64,000 bases of DNA from Candidatus Limnocylindrales bacterium. Lineage in GTDB: Bacteria; Chloroflexota; Limnocylindria; Limnocylindrales; CSP1-4. The DNA is taken from contig JBBQJL010000003.1 in NCBI GenBank assembly GCA_038325875.1, positions 26,361-90,360 on the forward strand. Direction: 5' to 3'. A program made the translations under genes and the position numbers. Positions 43,142 to 52,376 of this stretch are shown in pieces (position 1 is the first letter of the stretch; each line of letters begins with the position of its first letter). The notes beneath the pieces were generated by a model that made no database searches, was not told the DNA's origin, and saw only the letters and a list, made by a program, of their open reading frames with translations.

Positions 43142-45934
43142 CTAGCCGGACGCTCCGTTCGAGGCCCCGAGGGCGACCGAGATCGCCTCGAGCGCCGCCG
43201 GCAGTCCGTCCCGCCGGGTTCCCTTGCCCTGGGCCATCTCCGGACGACCACCACCCTTGCCATCGATCCGAGCGAGCGCAGCGCGGACGAGATCGCCGGC
43301 GGCGATGCCCCGACCGACGAGGTCGGCACTGACCGTGACGAAGACCTGCGGCTCGTCGGCGTCCAGGCCGAGCGCCAGCACTCCCGACGGGACGAGTCCG
43401 CGCAGGTCCTTGGCCGTGCTCTTGAGGGTATCCATCGATTCGAACGGTCCGGCGTAGGCGACCAGCCTGACCCCCGGGGCCACCTCCACCGCGCGACCGG
43501 CCAGCTCGGCCGGCCGGAGCGATCCGCCGGCGGATGCCGCCGTCTTGAGCCTCCGCTTCGCCTCGCGCAGCTCTGCCTGGAGCCCGGCGATCCGGTCCGG
43601 CAGCGCGTCGACGGTGTTGGCCCCGGCCGTCGCAGTGGCGCGCTCGAGGGTGGCCAGGCGGCCGGCCAGGTAGGCGTCCGCCCCGTCGCCGGTCAGCGCC
43701 TCGATCCGGCGCATCCCACTGCCGATGCTCCGCTCGCCGACGATGACGAACCCACCGATCTGGCCCGAGGCGCGGCAGTGGGTGCCCCCGCACAGCTCGT
43801 GGCTGTAGTCCTCGACCCGGACCGTCCGGACCGTCTCGCCGTACTTCTCGTCGAAGAACGCGTCGGCGCCGGCGTCGATCGCTTCGCGCATGCTCATCAA
43901 CGACGGGGTGACCGGCCGGTCGTCACGGATGACTCGGCGGACCTCCGACTCGATCGCTCCGCGCTCGTCGTCGGTCAGGCCGCGTTCGAACGGGAAGTCG
44001 AACCGAAGGGCGTCGGGCGTGACCAGCGATCCGGCCTGGCGAGCGCGAGCCCCGACGACGTTACGCAGGGCACGGTGGAGCAGATGCGTCCCGGTGTGGT
44101 TGCGCATCGTCCGGGCGCGCCGCTCCGGGTCGACCTCGGCCACGACCCGCTGGCCCACGCTCAGCGCTCCGCGCAGGGTCCCGCGCTGGACGATGAGTCC
44201 GCCCAGAGGGCGCTGGGTGTCGTCGACCTCGAACACGACCTCGCCGCCCAGCGACAGGACGCCCCGGTCGCCGATCTGGCCGCCCCCCTCCGGGTAGAAC
44301 GGCGTCCGATCGAGGATGATCTCGGCGGTCGCACCGGCTGGCGCGGTCAGGTCGACGTCGCCGACCGCCTCGAGCTGCTGGTACTCGAGACCGTCGCGGA
44401 TGATCGCCACGACGGTCGCGTCGTCGAGCCGTGTCGTCTGGTAGCCGTTGAACTCGCTGTCGCCGATCCGCGCCTGGATCGCCTGGTAGAGGGCGGTCAG
44501 CTCGGCATGCTGGGACAGCTCGGCCTTGCGGCCGGACCGGCTCCGCTCGCGCTGCTCGGCGAGGGCAGCATCGAAGCCCGCTCGGTCGACGGCCACGCCG
44601 TACTCGGCGGCCAGCTCGATGGTCAGGTCGATCGGGAAGCCGTAGGTGTCGTGAAGTCGGAAGGCCACGCCGCCACCCAGCGTCGGCGCATCGGACGGCA
44701 GTTCCTCGGGGCGACGCCCGACCGACCGCTCGGCTGAGGTCAGCGGGATGAGGGCCTCCTCGAGCAGGCCCTCACCGGCCGCCAGGGTGCGGGCGAATTG
44801 GCGCTCCTCGAGAGCAAGGACGCTGCGGATCTCGTCGTGGCGCTCGACCAGCACGGGGTATGGCTCGCCCATCGTCGCGACGACCACCTCGGCCAGGTCG
44901 GCCAGGAACGGCTCCAGCCGCCCCAGGAGACGCCCGTGCCGGACCGCGCGGCGGATGATCCGGCGCATGACGTAGCCGCGGCCCTCGTTCGAAGGACGGA
45001 CCTCGTCGGCGGCCAGGAAGGTCGCCGCGCGAACGTGATCGGCGATGACCTGGTAGCTGAAGCGCTCCTCCTCGAACGTCCCGGGGTCGTGGCCAAGGAG
45101 CGTCCGGAGCGAGGCGTGGATCGGCTGGAACAGGTCAGTGTCGTAGTTGGTCGGGACCTGCTGGAGGACGGCAGCGAGGCGTTCGAGCCCAAGCCCGGTG
45201 TCGACGCTGGTGAACGGCAGCGGATGACGCCCGTCCGGTCGCTGGTCGAACTCCATGAACACCAGGTTCCAGATCTCCACCCAGCGCGGACAGTGCTCGT
45301 CGTGATCGGGCACGCAATGGGCACCCTCGGAGAACTCCGCCCCGCGGTCGAAGTGGATCTCGCTGCACGGTCCGCACGGACCGGTCTCGGCCATCCGCCA
45401 GAAGTTCTTGTCGTCGCCGGCGTCGACGTCACCCCACCTGGCCATCCGCTCGGGTGGCAGGCCGATCTCGTCGCGCCAGATGTCCCAGGCCACCTGGTCG
45501 TGGGTGTAGGTGGTGGCGGCCAGCCGGTCCGCCGGGATCCCGAGATCTTCGGTCAGGAAGCTCCAGGCCCAGTGGATGGCGTCGCGCTTGAAGTAGTCGC
45601 CGAAGCTCCAGTTGCCAAGCATCTCGAACATCGTGTGATGGCGCGGCGTCCGGCCGACCTCCTCGAAGTCGTTGTGCTTGCCGGCGACCCGCAGGCAGCG
45701 CTGGTAGTCCACGGCGCGCTTATAGCTGCGCGTCTCGGCCCCGGTGAAGACCTCCTTGAACTGGACCATCCCCGAGTTCGTGAAGAGGAGGGTCTGGTCC
45801 CCTGCCGGGACGAGGCTGGCCGATGGGACGACCTCGTGACCGCGCTCGTCGAAGAACGCGATGAACCGCCGCCGGATCTCGGCGGCGGGCAGCGCCTTGA
45901 TCCGGGGGTCGAGGGTGACTTCAGGGGTCGGCAT
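43142..45934 (-). CDS. alaS: alanine--tRNA ligase
   Basis: I prefer ATG at 45934 (MPTPEVTLD...). Contains FFDERGHEVVPSASLVP, FTNSGMVQFK, RHHTMFEMLGNWSFGDYFK, the editing-domain HTGTHLLH, CGGTHC, and a DHHA1 C-terminus GKGGGRPEMAQG. Confidence 0.95.
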   Translation of the reverse strand: MPTPEVTLDPRIKALPAAEIRRRFIAFFDERGHEVVPSASLVPAGDQTLLFTNSGMVQFKEVFTGAETRSYKRAVDYQRCLRVAGKHNDFEEVGRTPRHHTMFEMLGNWSFGDYFKRDAIHWAWSFLTEDLGIPADRLAATTYTHDQVAWDIWRDEIGLPPERMARWGDVDAGDDKNFWRMAETGPCGPCSEIHFDRGAEFSEGAHCVPDHDEHCPRWVEIWNLVFMEFDQRPDGRHPLPFTSVDTGLGLERLAAVLQQVPTNYDTDLFQPIHASLRTLLGHDPGTFEEERFSYQVIADHVRAATFLAADEVRPSNEGRGYVMRRIIRRAVRHGRLLGRLEPFLADLAEVVVATMGEPYPVLVERHDEIRSVLALEERQFARTLAAGEGLLEEALIPLTSAERSVGRRPEELPSDAPTLGGGVAFRLHDTYGFPIDLTIELAAEYGVAVDRAGFDAALAEQRERSRSGRKAELSQHAELTALYQAIQARIGDSEFNGYQTTRLDDATVVAIIRDGLEYQQLEAVGDVDLTAPAGATAEIILDRTPFYPEGGGQIGDRGVLSLGGEVVFEVDDTQRPLGGLIVQRGTLRGALSVGQRVVAEVDPERRARTMRNHTGTHLLHRALRNVVGARARQAGSLVTPDALRFDFPFERGLTDDERGAIESEVRRVIRDDRPVTPSLMSMREAIDAGADAFFDEKYGETVRTVRVEDYSHELCGGTHCRASGQIGGFVIVGERSIGSGMRRIEALTGDGADAYLAGRLATLERATATAGANTVDALPDRIAGLQAELREAKRRLKTAASAGGSLRPAELAGRAVEVAPGVRLVAYAGPFESMDTLKSTAKDLRGLVPSGVLALGLDADEPQVFVTVSADLVGRGIAAGDLVRAALARIDGKGGGRPEMAQGKGTRRDGLPAALEAISVALGASNGASG

Positions 45935-46000
45935 CGGCCGTAACGGTACCAAACCCAGCCTGCCGACCGGAGCCGGATGCTCGACCCGCGGCGTCGGGCG

Positions 46001-46141
46001 TCAGCGCGGATCGGACCGCCGCATGAACCGTAGCCAGATCCGCGACCCGGCGATCGCCGCGCCGACCAGGGCGCCGATGGTCAGCCCGCGCAGGAACGGG
46101 GTCGACCGGCGTCCCGCCCGGCGATCGTCACCGGGGCTCAC
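46001..46141 (-). CDS. candidate 46-aa membrane micro-protein, translationally coupled to the upstream small membrane ORF
   Basis: Not in the track. The GTG at 46141 overlaps the TGA of ORF 46138..46413 (GTGA). It translates to VSPGDDRRAGRRSTPFLRGLTIGALVGAAIAGSRIWLRFMRRSDPR, with high GC3. Confidence 0.3.
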   Translation of the reverse strand: MSPGDDRRAGRRSTPFLRGLTIGALVGAAIAGSRIWLRFMRRSDPR

Positions 46142-46413
46142 GTCCGGCCGTCCTGCGGGCCGAGGGCCGCCACCACCGAGACCAGCCCGATCCCGAGGCC
46201 GGCACCGAGGAATGCAGCCAGGATCCGGAAGTCGCCAAGCCGGACGACGTCGAACCCGAGTCGCTCGCCGAGCGAATCGCCGGCCCACGCGCCGAGAATG
46301 GCGGCGACCAGGAGGAGCGGCAGGCGCCCCCCGACAGAGCCGCGGACCAGGGCGTAGAGCGCGGTCGTGAAGATCCCCACGAGCACCGCGAGCACGAAGG
46401 CCGGGCCGAACAC
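46138..46413 (-). CDS. small hypothetical membrane protein (3 TM)
   Basis: 91 aa: MFGPAFVLAVLVGIFTTALYALVRGSVGGRLPLLLVAAILGAWAGD...FRILAAFLGAGLGIGLVSVVAAL. High GC3. No family recognised. Confidence 0.55.
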   Translation of the reverse strand: MFGPAFVLAVLVGIFTTALYALVRGSVGGRLPLLLVAAILGAWAGDSLGERLGFDVVRLGDFRILAAFLGAGLGIGLVSVVAALGPQDGRT

Positions 46414-46527
46414 CGGGCCAGTATAGGCGCGAGCCTGACGGCATCGGCCGGCGATCCGATGCCGGACGAACGACGAGGGCCGGTCCCTTCGAACCGGCCC
46501 TCGGTGATGGATCGCGCTCGGATCAGG

Positions 46528-48447
46528 TCACGGCGTGACGCGGCCGATGAACGTCCCCCAGTTGGCCAGCAGCGTTCGGGTGCCGCCGCAGGTCTGGTCG
46601 ACCAGGTACGCGTCGAACGTGCACGACTGGCCGATGTACTCGGTCTCGAACCAGATATGGCCGGTCTCGTCGACGGCCGTCCCGTTGTAGTCGCCCCAGC
46701 GCGGACGCGGCTCAGGGTCGGTCGGCGCCAGCTTGTAGCCGCTGAAGCCGTCCTGCGGGCCGGCGCCGGTGGCAGCGAGCTTGATCGAGCTGGTCCCGCC
46801 TCGGCTGACCCGGACGAACGCCCCACTCGGGAACCGGTCGGTCCCGGTCAGGGTGAACGCGATGGCGCCCTTCCCGGCCGGATTGACGGAGATCCCCGGG
46901 TAGGTCACGTCCTGATCCTTGACGGCGACGTAGCCCTGGCTGACGACCTTCGCCTTCAGTCGACCGTGATCGATCCACGGCTTGACCGCGAACCAGGCCG
47001 CGCCGCCGTGGATCACCCCGTCCTTGTCGAACTTCACCGCGGTGGTCAGTGCGCCCCACAACAGGCCATCCGCCAGCGAGGCCGAGGCCATCCGATCATC
47101 GCCGCCGTCGAGCGGCGAGAGGGCGTTGTCGACCGGGTCGCCGAGGAGTCCCGCGGCGAGGGCATCCCGGAGCGGGGTGGGCCCATCCTTCTGCTCGACG
47201 AGCGGCGGCGCGCCGTACGTCTCGGACCGGATGACCCGGCTCTGGAGCTTCGGATGTGGATGGGCGTCCCCGAGCGAGCGGGTGTTGGTCATCGCCCAGG
47301 CGGCGATCCGGTTATCGAAGACGTTGTTGAAGTCGAGGGCGCTGAGGAAGTAGGCCGTGCCGCCGTTCCCTCGCGCGAATTGCCCGTTCGTCGAGGGCGA
47401 TGCCGGCTGGAGGCTGTAGGCGGGACCCTCGGCGAGCGGGATCCGGTCGAACTGGACGGCGGTCGGGACACCGCTGCCACGGGCGGCGCGAGCCAGCCCG
47501 ATCTTGTCGATGGCGTAGACCTGGGCGCCGTTGAACTCGTCGCCGAAGAAGGAGAACTCGTTGGTCGTGATGTAGAAGCCGTAGGCATCGACCCCGATGA
47601 GCGGCTGGTCGCCGAGGCAGGGACAGCCCGGGTGGCCCTCGAGGCTGCCATCGCCGTTGGTGGTATCGATCTCGAAGGCCGTGAAGGCGCCGAGTGGATC
47701 GCTTGTCTTGCTGACCGCCCAGCCGACGGCCGTCTGGCCGGTGAAGTCACCGCTGACCGGATCCTGCTCGAGGTTGATCATGCTCAGGAACCAGCGCTCG
47801 GTCCCGGGGTCGAACAGGCACTTGATGTCGCCGGTGAGGGGCCCGTACTCGCCGGTCGTGCGGTTGATCTCGGGCTTGAGCCCGAAGAACTCGTTGACGC
47901 CGATCGGGCCGGCGAGCAGGTTGCCCTTGCGGTCGTAGGCCGCCAGCGCGCTGTTGACCATCTCGACCTCGCGTCCTGCGCCGGCGCAGATGGCGCCGTC
48001 CGGCGGCTCGGTCGAGAACTGGTTCCCACCCGACGCGAAGCGCTGGTCGAAGTGGTTCAGACCAGCGAACCCTCGGGCGCCCGGCCCGATCGATCCGACC
48101 TGCTTGCCGCCCACCTTGGGGGCGTCTGTCGGGAGCGAGCCGGGGGATGGATGAGTCACGCCCGGGCGCTCATGCTCGGGGTGGTCGACGAACTCTCTGG
48201 TGGGTGCGGCCGACGAGATCCGCGGTCCGGCAGCCGCGACCTGGGGTGCGCCGGCGAACCCATTGGCGGCCCCGAGACGGATGACCGTCACGGCGGACCG
48301 ATGACCGGTCGACGGAGACCCGGCTGCGGCTACCGAAGCCAGCGGACCGGCCAGCAGGCCGGCCAGCAGCGCCGCCGACGCGCCAAGCACCGCAGCGCGG
48401 CCGGCGATGGCACGATGACGGACAACGGTCGAAGGCCCGTTCGACAT
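46528..48447 (-). CDS. large secreted hypothetical protein
   Basis: 639 aa. Strong SD (GGAGGAGAGG) 5 nt before the ATG. Signal peptide RAAVLGASAALLAGLLAGPLASVAAAGS. No catalytic motif or family recognised. Conserved-looking Cys pairs (HPGCPCLGD; GQSCTF...QTCGG). Confidence 0.75.
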   Translation of the reverse strand: MSNGPSTVVRHRAIAGRAAVLGASAALLAGLLAGPLASVAAAGSPSTGHRSAVTVIRLGAANGFAGAPQVAAAGPRISSAAPTREFVDHPEHERPGVTHPSPGSLPTDAPKVGGKQVGSIGPGARGFAGLNHFDQRFASGGNQFSTEPPDGAICAGAGREVEMVNSALAAYDRKGNLLAGPIGVNEFFGLKPEINRTTGEYGPLTGDIKCLFDPGTERWFLSMINLEQDPVSGDFTGQTAVGWAVSKTSDPLGAFTAFEIDTTNGDGSLEGHPGCPCLGDQPLIGVDAYGFYITTNEFSFFGDEFNGAQVYAIDKIGLARAARGSGVPTAVQFDRIPLAEGPAYSLQPASPSTNGQFARGNGGTAYFLSALDFNNVFDNRIAAWAMTNTRSLGDAHPHPKLQSRVIRSETYGAPPLVEQKDGPTPLRDALAAGLLGDPVDNALSPLDGGDDRMASASLADGLLWGALTTAVKFDKDGVIHGGAAWFAVKPWIDHGRLKAKVVSQGYVAVKDQDVTYPGISVNPAGKGAIAFTLTGTDRFPSGAFVRVSRGGTSSIKLAATGAGPQDGFSGYKLAPTDPEPRPRWGDYNGTAVDETGHIWFETEYIGQSCTFDAYLVDQTCGGTRTLLANWGTFIGRVTP

Positions 48448-48607
48448 TCGTTCCTCTCCTCCATGGGGCGCGGATCGCCTCGCGATCCCGGCTCTTGGGA
48501 AGTATCACAGACCGCGGGTTCACCGGATCAGGCCATCTGTCGAATGACCCCCAGGTGGTGCCAGAACGCACCACGATGTTGGCGAGCCGACCGCTCGAGC
48601 GTCCGGA

Positions 48608-49714
48608 TCAGCCGCCCGGGACGATCCGCCCGCCGCCCAGGACGACGTCGTCGCGGTACAGAACGGCCGCCTGGCCCGGAGACACCGCCCACACCGGAGC
48701 GTCCGTCTCGACGATCCAGTCTCCTCCGCGCTCGCCTCCGGTCGGAGGGCCCGGACGAACGTCGGCCGGGATCGGCCGGGCGCGGTGCCGGATCCGGACC
48801 TCCGCCCGGAACGGCCGGGCCGCCCCGGCGGGGGGACCGCCGGCAACGAACGAGACATCGCGCAGCGGCACGAGATGGGTCTCGAGGTCCGCCCGTCGGC
48901 CGAGCACGATCGTGTTCGCAGTGGCGTCGATCCGGCTGACATAGCGCGGCTCGCCAAGGGCGATGCCCAGCCCGCGGCGCTGTCCGACCGTGTAGCCGGC
49001 CGAGCCGCCGTGCTCGCCTACGGTCGTTCCGTCGGCGTCGACCACGGCGCCGCTGGTCGGCAGCCAGCCGGCCCGCTCGCGCAGCGCAGCGCGGTAGTCG
49101 CCGCCCGGGACGAAGCAGATCTCCTGGCTCTCGGGCTTGTCGGCGGTCGCCAGGCCGAGCGAGCGGGCGACCGCGCGCACCTCGGGCTTGGTCAGCTCGC
49201 CGAGCGGGAAGCGGGCGTGGGCCAGCTGATCCTGGCGAAGGCCGTACAGGAAATACGTCTGGTCCTTGTCCCGATCGGCGGCCTTGAGCAGGCGCGCGTT
49301 GCCCTTATCGTCCGTGTCGCGCCGGGCGTAGTGACCGGTCGCCACGGCCTCGCACTCGTAGAGGTGCCGAGCACGTCCGAGCAGCGCACCGAACTTCACG
49401 TACGTGTTGCAGTCGACGCACGGTGACGGGGTCTCACCGCCGAGATAGGCGGCCAGGAACGGGCGCATCACCCCGGCGTCGAACTCTCGCTCGAGGTTCA
49501 TCACGTAGAACGGGATCCCGAGTTGGGCCGCGACCCGTCGCGCGTCATCGGCCGCATCGAGTGAACAGCAGCTCTTCTTGAACTCCGAGTAGCTGTCGGC
49601 GACGTCGTGCAGGCGCATCCACACGCCGATCACTTCGTTGCCTTGCTCGTGCAGCAGCGCAGCAGCGACCGACGAGTCGACGCCACCCGACATGGCGACG
49701 AGGATCCGGCTCAT
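48608..49714 (-). CDS. mnmA: tRNA 2-thiouridine(34) synthase
   Basis: I prefer ATG at 49714 ([21 protein letters not shown], the PP-loop SGGxDS). Contains KDQTYFLY and ICFVP. Confidence 0.92.
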   Translation of the reverse strand: MSRILVAMSGGVDSSVAAALLHEQGNEVIGVWMRLHDVADSYSEFKKSCCSLDAADDARRVAAQLGIPFYVMNLEREFDAGVMRPFLAAYLGGETPSPCVDCNTYVKFGALLGRARHLYECEAVATGHYARRDTDDKGNARLLKAADRDKDQTYFLYGLRQDQLAHARFPLGELTKPEVRAVARSLGLATADKPESQEICFVPGGDYRAALRERAGWLPTSGAVVDADGTTVGEHGGSAGYTVGQRRGLGIALGEPRYVSRIDATANTIVLGRRADLETHLVPLRDVSFVAGGPPAGAARPFRAEVRIRHRARPIPADVRPGPPTGGERGGDWIVETDAPVWAVSPGQAAVLYRDDVVLGGGRIVPGG

Positions 49715-49862
49715 CGAGCGAACGCGACGATCGAGGTGGTCATCAGACGGGCATCCTACCGCGAGGTCCGCCGAGCGGGCACCGAAGCCGACGGGGCCGT
49801 TTCTCGATGACAGTCCCCGGGCGTCGACATAGGAGGCTCCGCAGTGGGGCATCATCGTCGCG

Positions 49863-50792
49863 ATGAAGACCTCCGTGATCGAGCCCCGTGGACGGTTCAG
49901 CCTGGCGGCGGCCCAGGACTTCGCCGGCGGCTTTCCGGCCGGGATCGGTGGCGGAGCCGCGACCGCGACGAGCCTGGTGATGGCCTACCCGCTCGAAGAC
50001 GGCACCTGGTCGCACAGCGCGCTCGTCGAGCTCAGTCAACCCGAGGACGACGCCCCGATCACCGCCCGGCTGGTCACGACGGGCGACTCCGAGGCTGCCC
50101 TGCGTCAGGCGTTGCGGGCGGTCTCGCTCGATCACGACGGCAGTGGCTGGCCGGCGGTCGGCGAGCGTGACCCGGTCATCGGCGTCCTTCAGCGGGACCA
50201 CCGCTTCCTGCGACCGGTGTGCTTCTACTCCGCCTACGAGGCCGCGACGTCCTTCGTCATCGGTCAGCGGATCGCCCGGACCCAGGCCGCCCGGATCAAG
50301 GCCCACCTCGGCGATCTGGCCGGCGACCGCCTGGATCTCGACGGTCGATCGTTCAGCGCCTTCCCACGGCCGGAGCGGCTGCTCGAACTGGGTGAGGTGC
50401 CGGGCCTGAGTGCCGAGAAGATGACCCGGTTGGAGGGAATCGCGCGGGCGGCGATCGACGGGCGCCTCGACACCGAGCGACTGCGAGCGATGCCGACCGA
50501 CGCGGCGCTCGAACAGCTCCGCGGCCTGCGCGGCATCGGTGAGTTCACCGCTGAGGGCGTCCTGCTCCGTGGGTGCGGGGTGGTCGACGCGGTCCCTGGA
50601 TCGGAGCACATGGGCCGCCAGGCCGTCGCCGAGTTGTACCAGCTCGGCGGACCGCCCGACGCCGCGAGCTATGCGGCGATCACGGACGGCTGGCGCCCTT
50701 TCCGGATGTGGGCGGTCGTGCTCGTCCGGGTCGGCTGGACCCGCCGCCAGAGTGGGCCGGTCAGCTACCGGCGGGAGCGGCGCCTGGGTTAG
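49863..50792 (+). CDS. DNA-3-methyladenine glycosylase II (AlkA-like, HhH-GPD) family protein
   Basis: 309 aa. HhH-GPD region [25 protein letters not shown], and [12 protein letters not shown] near the C-terminus. The preceding domain is AlkA N-terminal-like. Confidence 0.75.
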   Translation: MKTSVIEPRGRFSLAAAQDFAGGFPAGIGGGAATATSLVMAYPLEDGTWSHSALVELSQPEDDAPITARLVTTGDSEAALRQALRAVSLDHDGSGWPAVGERDPVIGVLQRDHRFLRPVCFYSAYEAATSFVIGQRIARTQAARIKAHLGDLAGDRLDLDGRSFSAFPRPERLLELGEVPGLSAEKMTRLEGIARAAIDGRLDTERLRAMPTDAALEQLRGLRGIGEFTAEGVLLRGCGVVDAVPGSEHMGRQAVAELYQLGGPPDAASYAAITDGWRPFRMWAVVLVRVGWTRRQSGPVSYRRERRLG

Positions 50793-51970
50793 ACCGGCAG
50801 CTCAGCCCGTCGATCGACGGCCAGCGCGAGTTCGCCCGAGCGATGGGCGCGAAGGATGGGCGGGATCTCGGCGATGGCCGTCTCGATCTCGTCAGCCGTC
50901 GTCGTCCGACCGAGCGAGATCCGCAGCGCCCCGCGCGCCTCCTCGTCCGGATAGCCCATCGCCGACAGGACGTGGCTGACCTCTGCGGAGCCCGTCGCGC
51001 AGGCGGACCCGACCGACGTCGCGATCCCCTCCAGGTCAAGACCGAGCGCGACGGCCGCGCCATCCGTCCCCGCCACGACGATCGACAGGAGCCCCGGCAG
51101 GCGGTCGCGCGGGTGACCGGTCAGCTCGGCGCCATCGACGGCCAGGACGGCCTCCCGCAGCCGGTCGCGCAAGGCGCGCACGCGGGTCGCCGTCTCGGAC
51201 CGTTCGGCGCACGACAGGTCGTATGCAGCGGCCATCCCGACGACCAGCGCCAGGCTCTCGGTGCCGGCGCGCCGATGGCGCTCCTGCGACCCGCCGTGCT
51301 GCTGAGCGAGGAGGTGCGTCCCATGTCGGACGTAGAGCGCCCCGACCCCCTTCGGGCCCTCGAACTTGTGGGCCGCCAGGCTGACCAGATCGGCATCGAG
51401 CGCCTCGAGGTCGAGATCGATCCACGGCGCGGCCTGGACGGCGTCGACGTGGAGGAGGATCCCCCGCCGGGCGCGGATCCGTTCGGCGATCTCGGCGATC
51501 GGCTGGATCGTGCCGACCTCGTTGTTGGCGAGCATCACGCTGACCAGGATCGTCCGGTCGGTGAGCGCCGCCTCGACCGCGTCCGGATCGACCCGGCCGT
51601 AGCGGTCGACCGGCAGCTCGACGATCTCGAACCCGAACTTCTCCAGGTAGCGCAGGGTGTGGGCGACGGCGTGGTGCTCGATCGAGCTGGTCACGATCCG
51701 GTGTCCGCGGGCCTTGGCTGCCCAGGCGGCTCCTTTCAGGGCAAGGTTGTTCGCCTCGGTGCCGCCGGAGGTGAAGACGACCTCGCGGGCTCGTACGTTC
51801 AGCCGCGCAGCCAGACGCTCATGGGCCTCATCGAGCCCGGCCCGGGCGCGCCGGCCGTAGGCATGGGCCGATGACGGATTGCCGAATACCTCGGTGAGGT
51901 ACGGCAGCATCGCCTCGACGACCTCGGGGCGGACCGGGGTCGTCGCGGCGTGGTCGAGATAGATCGTCAT
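50789..51970 (-). CDS. cysteine desulfurase (class V aminotransferase, NifS/IscS type)
   Basis: Contains IYLDHAATTP, FTSGGTEANNLALKG, the PLP lysine in SLAAHKFEGPKG, and the catalytic Cys in VGSACATGS. Confidence 0.9.
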   Translation of the reverse strand: MTIYLDHAATTPVRPEVVEAMLPYLTEVFGNPSSAHAYGRRARAGLDEAHERLAARLNVRAREVVFTSGGTEANNLALKGAAWAAKARGHRIVTSSIEHHAVAHTLRYLEKFGFEIVELPVDRYGRVDPDAVEAALTDRTILVSVMLANNEVGTIQPIAEIAERIRARRGILLHVDAVQAAPWIDLDLEALDADLVSLAAHKFEGPKGVGALYVRHGTHLLAQQHGGSQERHRRAGTESLALVVGMAAAYDLSCAERSETATRVRALRDRLREAVLAVDGAELTGHPRDRLPGLLSIVVAGTDGAAVALGLDLEGIATSVGSACATGSAEVSHVLSAMGYPDEEARGALRISLGRTTTADEIETAIAEIPPILRAHRSGELALAVDRRAELPV

Positions 51971-52010
51971 CGCCCGCTATCGTAGCGGGCGGGCGGCGGA
52001 GAAGCGGCGG

Positions 52011-52244
52011 TCAGCCCTTCTTGTCGTCGCGCATGCTCGGCCACTTCTTCGACAGTGGCGGGAGCTCTTCCTCGGTCGGCTTCTTCGTCCGCGACCGCGT
52101 GTCCGCGCCCCCGGCCTGACCGAGCACGTTGACGCCCATCAGGAGGCCCATCGACTGGCCCTCGGTGTCATCGGCCGCCGCGCTCGACGAGATGTCCTTC
52201 GTGTCCTCGCCGGCGATCGGCTGAGAACGCTCGTCCTTGGTCAT
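52011..52244 (-). CDS. small hypothetical charged protein (77 aa)
   Basis: ATG at 52244 is preceded by GAAGGGGA. Sequence is MTKDERSQPIAGEDTKDISSSAAADDTEGQSMGLLMGVNVLGQAGGADTRSRTKKPTEEELPPLSKKWPSMRDDKKG. Acidic N-terminal half, basic C-terminal half. No family recognised. Confidence 0.5.
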   Translation of the reverse strand: MTKDERSQPIAGEDTKDISSSAAADDTEGQSMGLLMGVNVLGQAGGADTRSRTKKPTEEELPPLSKKWPSMRDDKKG

Positions 52245-52376
52245 CAGAGTCCCCTTCACGGCAGCTGGTCGGCCCGCCCAGCGTGACGCATCGACGTTCG
52301 GCGGGCAATCTGGCGATGCGACCCCGGGAGTGTCGTCCGCGCGACACAGCCGCGCCGCGGCGCACGGGGCAGGCCG

